Assembly: GCA_049366795.1 (NCBI GenBank)
Contig: JBMNCP010000026.1
Span: 18,608-82,607, forward strand
Length of the DNA stretch: 64,000 bases
Reading direction: 5' to 3'
DNA from: Desulfobacterales bacterium
GTDB taxonomy: Bacteria; Desulfobacterota; Desulfobacteria; Desulfobacterales; UBA5852
Under the pieces are notes generated by a model. It saw only the letters and a program-made list of their open reading frames with translations. It was not told the DNA's origin and made no database searches. Below are positions 9,162 to 17,080 of the stretch, piece after piece. Position 1 is the stretch's first letter; every line of letters starts with the position of its first letter. A program made the translations under genes and the position numbers.

Positions 9162-10094
9162 TCAGGGTTGCGTCTGCCGGGCGATGACGCTCGACAGGTC
9201 TTCCACATTGGCGCCTGCTTTTCTCAAATTGGCAAGGCAGATCGGGCACATGGCCACGATGGTCGCGTCGTTGGACCGGAGATCCTCCATGCGGCGGGCG
9301 GTCACCTCGCCGGCCAGCCGGGGAGAAATCGATTCCGCCGGCCCCCCGCAGCAATGGGTGAAAAGCCCGGCATTGCGGACCGGCATGCATTCGACGCCGA
9401 GGTCCGCCAGGAGCCGGGACGGCATGTCGGAAACCTTGAGATAACGGCCGTAGAAACAGGGATCGTGGAGCGTGACCTGCCGGCGGCCGTTGTGCGACCG
9501 CAGCTTCAGCAGCTCGAAATAGGGATGGACTTCCAATTCCAGCCCCGTGATTTCCGGGTAGAGTTCCTTCAGGGCGTATGTCGTGTGGGGATCCACCGTT
9601 ATCAACCGGCGGATGCCGTTTCGCCGGAATTTGGCGGCGAGCCACCGGGCGTGCCGTTCGAATCCTTCCTGATCCCCGAGGTCGTAGAGCAGAACACCGC
9701 TGTACTCATCCAGGTCCGGGTCATAAAAGAAGTCCACCCCGGAACGGGTGAGAACAGCGGCGATATCGTTCAGAATCCGGTTGAACTTGGACTTTTCCGC
9801 CTTCGGCGTGATGGCCGCGAGCCCCGCCCCGGCCATCCGGGACGGCACATAGCGGCCATATCGGAGATAGTCGGCCCAGGGAGAGTCTTCGAAACGGGCG
9901 AGATAGGCCGTCGATTTCTCGATATAGGGAACGAACTGGTACATCAGGCCGGTGAACAGCAACGTGTCCCCCTGCCGGTTCAGCCCCGCCGATTTCCACC
10001 AGGTGTTGACCATCCGCTTGGGAATGCCGAACGGGTTGCGGGTCCTGTCCACGTTGGCGGCGATCAGATCGATGATGTCCTTGGGGTTATACAT
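9162..10094 (-). CDS. HdrB-like CCG-domain (Fe-S)-binding protein
   Basis: 310 aa with C-terminal ...LHDPCFYGR...HCCGGPAE...AMCPICLANL, a cysteine-rich CCG-domain signature. It overlaps the upstream hdrC-like gene by 8 nt. Confidence 0.75.
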   Translation of the reverse strand: MYNPKDIIDLIAANVDRTRNPFGIPKRMVNTWWKSAGLNRQGDTLLFTGLMYQFVPYIEKSTAYLARFEDSPWADYLRYGRYVPSRMAGAGLAAITPKAEKSKFNRILNDIAAVLTRSGVDFFYDPDLDEYSGVLLYDLGDQEGFERHARWLAAKFRRNGIRRLITVDPHTTYALKELYPEITGLELEVHPYFELLKLRSHNGRRQVTLHDPCFYGRYLKVSDMPSRLLADLGVECMPVRNAGLFTHCCGGPAESISPRLAGEVTARRMEDLRSNDATIVAMCPICLANLRKAGANVEDLSSVIARQTQP

Positions 10095-10398
10095 GGGTCG
10101 GCCTCCTCCAAGTCGCCACGACGAAACGTTTCAACCCCAGGATCACCTCCCCGGGATCGGCCCCCCGCGGGCATGTCTGGGTACAGAGCCCGCAGTGGAG
10201 GCACCGCCAGAGCTCGCGGGCGTTTTCCACGATCCGGTCCCGCGCTCCCAGCTGAAGATACCGTATCATCCGACGCGGGAAGTGTTCGTGAACGAGCGGG
10301 CAGATGGCCGTGCACGTGCCGCAGTTGAAGCACTCCCTCGCCTTTTCGATGCCGTATTCCTCAATGGCGTCCAGAAAATCAGGGTTGATCGTGGTCAT
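10087..10398 (-). CDS. HdrC-like 4Fe-4S dicluster protein
   Basis: 103 aa from MTTINPDF, with CFNCGTCTAICP and CLHCGLCTQTCP. A GGGAGGAAG RBS precedes it. ATGA overlap with the upstream gene. Confidence 0.8.
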   Translation of the reverse strand: MTTINPDFLDAIEEYGIEKARECFNCGTCTAICPLVHEHFPRRMIRYLQLGARDRIVENARELWRCLHCGLCTQTCPRGADPGEVILGLKRFVVATWRRPTHV

Positions 10399-10757
10399 TC
10401 TTCCTCCCGGGGATCCGGCGGCGTCGATGCCTCCGGATCGCTTGTGAAACCTTGATTGGGTGTGGACGTCTTTTCTTCTCCGGTCAGGCCGTACTTGAAG
10501 TAGCTGCCGTCCTTTTCGACTTCCTTGACGATTCCGTATTTTTTCAAGGCGGCGATGTACCAGAGCGTCTCGCCCGTCGGAGTGCCGGTGGCGGCCGCGA
10601 TTTCCGGCACAGTCTTGGAATCCTGCGCCAACGCCTTCCGGATCGCCTGGATGGCCCTTCCCTGGGCCTTGACCTTGGATCTGGCTTGCTGAATCCATGC
10701 CTTGCGCTCTTCCCGAAGGGCCTTCAACGCCTCTTTTCCGCTGGATCGAGGTTGCAT
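10395..10757 (-). CDS. small winged-helix-like protein embedded in the hdr operon
   Basis: 120 aa from MQPRSSGKE, with a GGAGAGG RBS. The segment TVPEIAAATGTPTGETLWYIAALKKYGIVKEVEKDGSYFKYGL looks like HTH plus wing. The C-terminal tail is acidic and low-complexity. Confidence 0.55.
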   Translation of the reverse strand: MQPRSSGKEALKALREERKAWIQQARSKVKAQGRAIQAIRKALAQDSKTVPEIAAATGTPTGETLWYIAALKKYGIVKEVEKDGSYFKYGLTGEEKTSTPNQGFTSDPEASTPPDPREEE

Positions 10758-10810
10758 CGATCGTCCTCTCCCTTGTTCCCGTTTATCCCTGATGTGGATT
10801 CGGACCGTCC

Positions 10811-12718
10811 TCAGGCCGCGACGATGGCGTCGACCATGGCCTCGTACTGCTTGAGCGTCCAGCCGTTGACATCGATGGCGTTCTCGGGGCAAACGGCCAC
10901 ACAGGCGCCGCACCCCGTGCACAGCGCCGGGGTCACCTGGGCCCGTTGGACCCTCCGTCCGGCCGACTCCGCTTCGATCATGCGAAGAGCGCCCTCGGCC
11001 GGACAGGCTTCCACACAACTTCCGGTTCCCCGGCATCGGTCGACGTCGACCTGCGCCACGAAAGGATCCAACTCGACGAATCCCCTGCCCAACAAGGCCG
11101 ATGCCTTGACGGCGGCGCCGCCCGCCGCATTGCAGGCCTCGCCCACATCCATAGGCGCCTGACAGGTTCCGGCCAGCAGAAAACCGGCCTGGGGCAGCTC
11201 GACCGGACGGAGCTTCGGGTGAACCTCCAGCAAAAAGCGATCCGCCCCGACCGGAAGCTTCATCATTTCCACCAGCGGTCTGATTCCGGTCGGTTCCATT
11301 CCAGTGGCCAGCACCACAAGATCCACGGGCACCCGGACCTCCTCCCCGAACGTCAGGGTATCCTTCACGCGCACCGTCAACGGGAACCGGCTGCCCGCGC
11401 CGCCGGCGGACACCGTCGGGGCCTCCTCCGCGTCAAACCGCAGAAATATGACCCCTTTTTGCGACGCCTGATGGTAGATTTCCTCGTGCCCGCGCCCGTA
11501 GGTTCGGATATCGCGGTAGAAGTCATACACACGGGTCCCGGGGTGTCGCTCCCGGATCGTGGCGGCCGTATCGAGAACGGCCGTGCAGCAGGTACGGGAG
11601 CAGTACTCGTTCAGGCTCCCCGGTTCGTCCTCCGGATGGATTCCGGGGATCTGCCGGCTGCCGACACAGTGAATCATGGCGATGGAGCGGATTTCCCGGC
11701 CATTCATGACCAGCCGGTCCCCGGTTCCTGACGCTTCGGCCAAACGCCGGATCACCTCCGGCAGGGTGACGACGTTCTCGAATCGGCCGAAGCCGTATTC
11801 TCCATTCCGGGGGGTATACGACTCAAAACCCGTGGCCAGGACAATGACCCCGGTTTCGATCGTCAGGTCATCGGTATTCGTTGGCGCCGGTGAAGCAAAA
11901 AGGCCTGAGAAAGGCACATAGTCGCCGGCGCGAAGGCCGGCCGGCGCCTCCGGCTCCGGCGGCCCGGGCGGCCGCTTTTGGATCCGAAGTTTGAAATTGC
12001 CGACATATCCTTCGAATGCAGTCACCTCCGAGCAGGTGTGAACGGTGATCCGATCGTCCGCCAGAACCGCCGACCCCAATTCGCGGATCAACGCCTCCGC
12101 TTTTTCACCGGTCGGCGCGACGTGCTCGAGACGGGCGAGGCGGCCCCCGAGAAAAGCCGTTTTCTCGATCAAGGCAACGTCGATGCCGCGCTCGGCCATG
12201 TCCTTTGCCGCCCGCAATCCCGCAATCCCGCCGCCGATGACCGTGGCGTGCCGGCAGGCTTCGACCCGGATCGGCTCCAGGGGTTCGAGGAGTTCTGCCT
12301 TTGCGGCGGCCGCCGACACCAGCCGGGTCGCCTTGTCCGTGGCCATGTCGCCGTGGTGCACCCAGCTGACCTGCTCGCGGATATTGGCGTGCTCGTAGAT
12401 GTAAGGGTTCCCGCCCGCCCTGAGGATGGCGCTGCGAAATGTGGTCTCATGCAAACTCGGCGCGCAGGAGGCCACGACGACCCGGTCGACCGCACCGCTC
12501 TTCAGGTCGTCCATGATCATCTCCTGGCCGGGGTCCGAACACATGAACGTGTTGGTCCGGGCCACCGATACCCCGGGCAGTTTTTCGACCCTTTCACGGA
12601 CGGCTTCGACATCGACGTGATCGGAAATGTTGCCGCCGCAATGGCAGATGTAGACGCCGACCTTGTGCGTGCCGGCGGCGGGCCGGTTTTCATCGTTCAT
12701 ACGGGATGGGTCGCTCAT
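10811..12718 (-). CDS. HdrA/QmoB-like FAD and Fe-S oxidoreductase (no C-terminal MvhD domain)
   Basis: 635 aa. It has VGVYICHCGGNISDHVD (HdrA N-terminal Fe-S domain), VIGGGIAGL, ...CSRTCC..., and a C-terminal 2x[4Fe-4S] region (CRGTGSCVEACP, CTGCGACVAVCP). Confidence 0.85.
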   Translation of the reverse strand: MSDPSRMNDENRPAAGTHKVGVYICHCGGNISDHVDVEAVRERVEKLPGVSVARTNTFMCSDPGQEMIMDDLKSGAVDRVVVASCAPSLHETTFRSAILRAGGNPYIYEHANIREQVSWVHHGDMATDKATRLVSAAAAKAELLEPLEPIRVEACRHATVIGGGIAGLRAAKDMAERGIDVALIEKTAFLGGRLARLEHVAPTGEKAEALIRELGSAVLADDRITVHTCSEVTAFEGYVGNFKLRIQKRPPGPPEPEAPAGLRAGDYVPFSGLFASPAPTNTDDLTIETGVIVLATGFESYTPRNGEYGFGRFENVVTLPEVIRRLAEASGTGDRLVMNGREIRSIAMIHCVGSRQIPGIHPEDEPGSLNEYCSRTCCTAVLDTAATIRERHPGTRVYDFYRDIRTYGRGHEEIYHQASQKGVIFLRFDAEEAPTVSAGGAGSRFPLTVRVKDTLTFGEEVRVPVDLVVLATGMEPTGIRPLVEMMKLPVGADRFLLEVHPKLRPVELPQAGFLLAGTCQAPMDVGEACNAAGGAAVKASALLGRGFVELDPFVAQVDVDRCRGTGSCVEACPAEGALRMIEAESAGRRVQRAQVTPALCTGCGACVAVCPENAIDVNGWTLKQYEAMVDAIVAA

Positions 12719-12802
12719 TGAAGATCTCCCTCGGATTCAGAGGCCGCCGCTCCGGCGGGACTGCCGATCGCCTCGCTCGGGGCGGCGTCCGTTGCCGGCG
12801 GC

Positions 12803-14110
12803 TCAGGCCACGGCCAGCCGGCGGCGCGGTGTCCGTGTCAGGTATTTCGCCGCTTCGACGGCAGCGGCGCCGGACTCGGTGATCGTGTCGACGATGTCCT
12901 TGGGGCCGGCGGCGGCTCCCGCCACGAAAACCCCCTCCATGTCGGTCAGCGTGGGAGCCAGCTTGGGCTGAATCGTGTGAATGAACCGATCCGTGCCGGC
13001 CGAGACCGGGCAGGCGCCCTCGGGATTCCAGGCCGGGATCATCCCCAGGGAAAGCACCACCAGGTCGTGCCCGGCCGTGGCCACGCCCCCGCCCTTCTGG
13101 TCCTCGTAGCGCAGCGCCACCCTGCCATCCTCCGCTCCTGAGAGCGACGCCACCTTGCCCTTGACGAACTCGATCCCCATCGCCTTGGCGTTCTGATAGA
13201 ACTGCTCGTAGCCTTTTCCGAAGGCCCGGATGTCCATGTAGTAGATGGTGATGTCCGCAAGCGGCAGGGCGCCGGACACCAGCATGGCCTGCTTGATGGC
13301 GTACATGCAGCAGACCCTCGAGCAGTAGGAAACGCCCATGCTCTGGTCGCGGGAACCCGCGCACTGGACGTAGGCGATGGAATCCGGCTCCATTCCGTCG
13401 GAAGGCCGCAGCACGCGGTTGTAAGGGCCGTGAGGCGCCAGCAGGCGCTCCATCTGAAGGGAGGTGATCACGTTGGGAACGAGGCCGCTGCCGTATTGGG
13501 GCTTGGTCTCCAACGCGGTCAACTCGAAGCCCGTGGCCAGGACCGCCGCCCGGGCGCGGATCTGCACCGGCTCCGGCTGCTGAAAATAGTCCACCGCGTC
13601 CGTCGGACAGACCTTGGCGCATTTGCCGCAGAGGGTGCAGTTCTCCGCCTCCAGAACGGCGACCTGCGGAATGGCGTTGGAAAAGGGAATGGAAATCGCC
13701 TTGCGGGCGGAAAATCCCCCTTCGTCCGTGTCGGGCGTGTAGACGGGACAGTTGTATTCGCACTGCCGGCACCCGATGCATTTGTCCGGGTCGACGTAGC
13801 GGGGGCGCCGGGTGACCGATGCAATCAGAACATCGCCTTCACGCTCCAGTCCATTCAGATCCGTATAGGTGAGAAGAGTGATCTTCTCGTGATGGGCGGC
13901 GGCGGCCATCTTGGGGGTGGTGATGCAGCTTGCGCAGTCCAGGGTGGGGAAGACCTTCGAAAGCCGGATCATCTTCCCTCCGATGGAGGGGTTCTTCTCC
14001 ACCACCGCCACCTCGAAACCCTGGTCCGCCAGATCCAGCGCCGACTGCAGGCCCGCTATCCCTCCACCGACGACCAGGGCGTCAAATTCCAGGACTTTTT
14101 CGGGATTCAT
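12803..14110 (-). CDS. QmoA/HdrA-like FAD-dependent oxidoreductase with inserted ferredoxin domain
   Basis: 435 aa with VVGGGIAGL, FPTLDCASC, CIGCRQCEYNCP / CTLCGKCAKVCP and CSRVCCMYA. Confidence 0.85.
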   Translation of the reverse strand: MNPEKVLEFDALVVGGGIAGLQSALDLADQGFEVAVVEKNPSIGGKMIRLSKVFPTLDCASCITTPKMAAAAHHEKITLLTYTDLNGLEREGDVLIASVTRRPRYVDPDKCIGCRQCEYNCPVYTPDTDEGGFSARKAISIPFSNAIPQVAVLEAENCTLCGKCAKVCPTDAVDYFQQPEPVQIRARAAVLATGFELTALETKPQYGSGLVPNVITSLQMERLLAPHGPYNRVLRPSDGMEPDSIAYVQCAGSRDQSMGVSYCSRVCCMYAIKQAMLVSGALPLADITIYYMDIRAFGKGYEQFYQNAKAMGIEFVKGKVASLSGAEDGRVALRYEDQKGGGVATAGHDLVVLSLGMIPAWNPEGACPVSAGTDRFIHTIQPKLAPTLTDMEGVFVAGAAAGPKDIVDTITESGAAAVEAAKYLTRTPRRRLAVA

Positions 14111-14537
14111 GGATATCTCCTCGGTTGCTGCCGAAAACAGGCGGTCCCAGTTCCCGGACGATGGCGTTCATCTGGTTGACTTCGTTCAGGAATGCCCGGT
14201 TGCAGACCGTACAGATGGCGGTGAGGCGGAGCCTCCGGATGTCCAGATCGTCGGCCTTCATCATCTGGTAGACCCGATCGAGGCGCTTGGCCAGCGCGTG
14301 GTAGGCGCCTTCGTAGGGGCATTCCTCGCCGCAGGACATGACGATGATCCCGCCGATGCCCTTTCGGAAGCAGCCCAGGTAAAAGGACTCCGGAAAGAGC
14401 ACCGGAGCGCGCACCCTGAAGATGTAAGTGTTCGCCGGATAGGTCGCGTGGGCCTGCCCGACGGAATCGGCGCCCGGGTACGCGCAGGTCTCGGTGGCGA
14501 GAATCAGAATCCGGTTCTGGTCGACTTGGGCTCCCAT
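14082..14537 (-). CDS. MvhD-like (methyl-viologen-reducing hydrogenase delta subunit family) protein, divergent cysteine pattern
   Basis: 151 aa. It can be aligned by eye to the canonical MvhD at 32099-32521 (…SCGEECPYEGAY… versus …SGCHPGDCHYINGNY…), but several Cys differ. It overlaps the next gene by 29 nt. Confidence 0.65.
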   Translation of the reverse strand: MGAQVDQNRILILATETCAYPGADSVGQAHATYPANTYIFRVRAPVLFPESFYLGCFRKGIGGIIVMSCGEECPYEGAYHALAKRLDRVYQMMKADDLDIRRLRLTAICTVCNRAFLNEVNQMNAIVRELGPPVFGSNRGDIHESRKSPGI

Positions 14538-14548
14538 GGTCCCCCCGT

Positions 14549-14803
14549 CTATTTCTTCCGCCTGACGAAATGCTTGTCATAACCGTCGGATTCGACGACT
14601 CCGAGGTATTCGTGTCCCACCTTCCCCGCCCAGGCCGGGATGTCCTTCCGGGTACCGGAATCGTTGGAATAGACCTCGAGAATTTCCCCTACCCTCACCT
14701 TCCCGATGCCCTTCTTGGCTTCGAGAAGCGGCCCTGGACAGGCGCTGCCGCGTGCATCGACGGTGCTTTCCACTTTGATGGTGCTGAGATCCACTGTACT
14801 CAT
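14549..14803 (-). CDS. tusA: TusA/SirA-family sulfurtransferase
   Basis: 84 aa with DARGSACPGPLLEAKK, the CPxP active-site motif. An AAGGAGG RBS precedes it. Confidence 0.85.
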   Translation of the reverse strand: MSTVDLSTIKVESTVDARGSACPGPLLEAKKGIGKVRVGEILEVYSNDSGTRKDIPAWAGKVGHEYLGVVESDGYDKHFVRRKK

Positions 14804-14848
14804 GACAACCTCCTTGAAATCGGTTTATGGTGTTGACTCGGCTGAAAA

Positions 14849-14863
14849 GCAATTCGGATGCCA
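14849..14863 (-). promoter_or_regulatory. sigma54 (-24/-12) promoter of the tusA-hdr-dsrE operon
   Basis: The minus strand reads TGGCATCCGAATTGC, against the consensus TGGCAC-N5-TTGC. It lies about 45 nt upstream of the tusA ATG. A sigma54 activator gene is divergent. Confidence 0.7.
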
Positions 14864-14944
14864 ACGAGTCGTATAAACCTCAACATTCTGTATTTATTAA
14901 TCTTTTAAAACTTGAAGGGACACCTTGTCATCAGAGTGTAAAGG

Positions 14945-14960
14945 GGTGTAGGCTTACACC
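14945..14960. promoter_or_regulatory. inverted repeat GGTGTA-N4-TACACC, candidate activator (UAS) site
   Basis: Perfect 6-bp arms, about 85 nt upstream of the sigma54 promoter and within the divergent intergenic region. Confidence 0.3.
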
Positions 14961-15012
14961 TGTAATTCACATGCAAATCAACTGTACACAACGACCGGGG
15001 TGGAGGAGGTCC

Positions 15013-16425
15013 ATGAAAGCGGACGGAGGCGCGGGGCTGCTTTTCTTCGACGAACACAATCTCTATTGGAAAACGATCATCGACACCATGGCCGACGGAC
15101 TCATGATCGTGGATCCCAACGGTGAAATCGTTTTCGCCAACCGGACCCTGGAGGAGCTCTCGGGCTATCGACGGGAGGAGCTGATCGGCGCCTCCTGCGA
15201 AATCCTTGGATGCAACGCCTGCTTCGGGGAGCGGCGGGACGGCAAGGACAAGTACTGCGCCCTGTTCAAGGGGGAGCGAATCCGCCGATGGCAGTGCACC
15301 TTCCGCCACCGGGACGGGGGGGAGATCCACGTCGTCAAGAACGCCGCCGTCCTGCGGAACGCCGAGGGAACCGTGATCGGCGGGGTGGAAACCCTGAGCG
15401 ACATCAGCGAAGTGCGGGCCCGGGACCAGGTGATCCACAATCTGCGGCGGGAATTGGGCGGAAAGGACGGCTTCCACGGGATCCTGGGAAGTTCGCCCGC
15501 CATGATCAAGGTCTTCGGGCTGGTGGAAAGCGCGGCGCACTCCGATGCGCCGGTCATCATCTATGGCGAGAGCGGGACGGGAAAAGAACTCGTGGCCTCG
15601 GCGATCCACGAGATCGGCGCCAACCGGGGCGGCCCCTTCATAAAGGTCAACTGCAGCGCGCTGAGCGAAAGTCTCCTCGAAAGCGAGCTTTTCGGCCATG
15701 TCAAGGGCGCCTTCACGGGCGCCAGCCACCACCGGGTGGGACGCTTCGAGGCGGCCGACGGGGGCGACATCTTCCTGGACGAAATCGGCGACATCTCGCC
15801 GGCCATCCAGGTGAAACTCCTCCGGGTGCTCCAGGAGCGTGAAATCGAGCGGGTCGGCGACCATCGGCCCGTTCCCATCAACGTCCGGGTGTTGTCGGCC
15901 ACCAACAAGAATCTGGAAAAGCGAGTGGAGGAGGAAGCGTTTCGCAAGGATCTTTTCTACCGCATCGGGGTGATCCCGATACACCTCCCGCCGCTGAGGG
16001 AACGGGGGGAGGACATTCCCCTGCTCGTCAACGCCTTCATGAACCGCATCCGGCTCAAGACCGGAAAACCCATCTCGGGCGTCAGCCAGGAAGCCTACGA
16101 GTTGCTCTCCGCCTACGATTGGCCCGGGAACGTCCGGGAGCTCATCAACGCCATCGAGCTGGCCTTCGTGCTATGCCCGGGCGGGGAGGTTCTGCCCAGC
16201 CATCTTCCCGCCAGGATCGTCGGACGCCGGTCCGAAGCCGCCCCGGGCGAATGCCGTGTTACCGTCGACACGGGCGAGCGCACCCGGCTGATCGACGCGC
16301 TGAAACAGGCCGGCGGCAACAAGGCGGAGGCGGCGCGCATCCTGGGAATCAGCCGCATGGCCCTGTACAACCGGCTCAAGAAATTCGGCATCGAGGTCGA
16401 AAAATCGGTCAACCGCGGGCACTAG
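15013..16425 (+). CDS. PAS-domain sigma54-dependent transcriptional activator (NtrC/Fis family, no receiver)
   Basis: Start at MKADGG, after a GGAGGAGG RBS. The sequence has a PAS domain, then VIIYGESGTGKELVA...GAFTGA...ESELFGH-type AAA+ motifs, and a C-terminal Fis HTH (AARILGISRMALYNRLKK). Confidence 0.9.
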   Translation: MKADGGAGLLFFDEHNLYWKTIIDTMADGLMIVDPNGEIVFANRTLEELSGYRREELIGASCEILGCNACFGERRDGKDKYCALFKGERIRRWQCTFRHRDGGEIHVVKNAAVLRNAEGTVIGGVETLSDISEVRARDQVIHNLRRELGGKDGFHGILGSSPAMIKVFGLVESAAHSDAPVIIYGESGTGKELVASAIHEIGANRGGPFIKVNCSALSESLLESELFGHVKGAFTGASHHRVGRFEAADGGDIFLDEIGDISPAIQVKLLRVLQEREIERVGDHRPVPINVRVLSATNKNLEKRVEEEAFRKDLFYRIGVIPIHLPPLRERGEDIPLLVNAFMNRIRLKTGKPISGVSQEAYELLSAYDWPGNVRELINAIELAFVLCPGGEVLPSHLPARIVGRRSEAAPGECRVTVDTGERTRLIDALKQAGGNKAEAARILGISRMALYNRLKKFGIEVEKSVNRGH

Positions 16426-16450
16426 ACGTTTCCTGTCCGAATGCTTCCCA

Positions 16451-16492
16451 TCGGTATCGGTATCGGTATCGGTATCGGTATCGGTATCGGGA
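16451..16492. repeat. hexanucleotide microsatellite (TCGGTA)6 plus one degenerate unit
   Basis: Direct reading gives tcggta x6 then tcggga. It sits in the convergent intergenic region 26 nt after the activator stop codon. Confidence 0.95.
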
Positions 16493-16720
16493 TCGAAATA
16501 AAGGGGTCGAGGTGTCCAGGAGTCAAGGGATACAGGGGTCGAGGGAGAGAAAGGGATTTGTTTTCACCGGATAGTGTCCATCCACAATGGATTGGACAGG
16601 CACGAGCGTGTCCGATTCAGAAATGCGGATTTTGGGTTTTGATCAAGGCCGCACAAGGGTTTACGGTGAGGCGTACTCCCCTTCACATCCACACCAACGC
16701 TTTTCGGGAAAGATCCTGTT

Positions 16721-17080
16721 TCAAGCCTCACCGATCGTTTCCCTGACGATACGGATCACTTCCTCGGGTTTGAAAGGCTTGTGGAGATAGCCCACGGCGC
16801 CTCTGATCGACAGGTGCTTGGAGGGCATGGCGCTGATGATCAGAACGGGGGTGTCCTTCAGGATGTCGTCCTTTTTGAATTTCCTGAAAAACCGGGTTCC
16901 CCACTCCTTCGGCATTTCCAGGTCCAGGGTCACCATGTCCGGCCGCTCATCCCGCATCACCTCCAGTGCGTAAAACCCGTCCGTGGCCGAACAGACGTCG
17001 TAGCCGTTGTCCCGGAAGAGCAGACTCAGGAAGTTCACGACTGCCGGGTCGTCCTCGACGATCAGGATTTTCTTTCCCAT
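16721..17080 (-). CDS. single-domain response regulator (CheY-like receiver)
   Basis: 119 aa. ILIVEDD...VTLDLEMP...VLIISA...YLHKPF shows all receiver key residues. A GAGGAGG RBS precedes it. Confidence 0.9.
   Translation of the reverse strand: MGKKILIVEDDPAVVNFLSLLFRDNGYDVCSATDGFYALEVMRDERPDMVTLDLEMPKEWGTRFFRKFKKDDILKDTPVLIISAMPSKHLSIRGAVGYLHKPFKPEEVIRIVRETIGEA

Noticed and set aside
16441-16746. 101-aa ORF translating the microsatellite as (IG)n
   Set aside because: It has no RBS, the rest of the product has no protein-like features, and it lies between two convergent gene ends. I treated it as a non-coding repeat.
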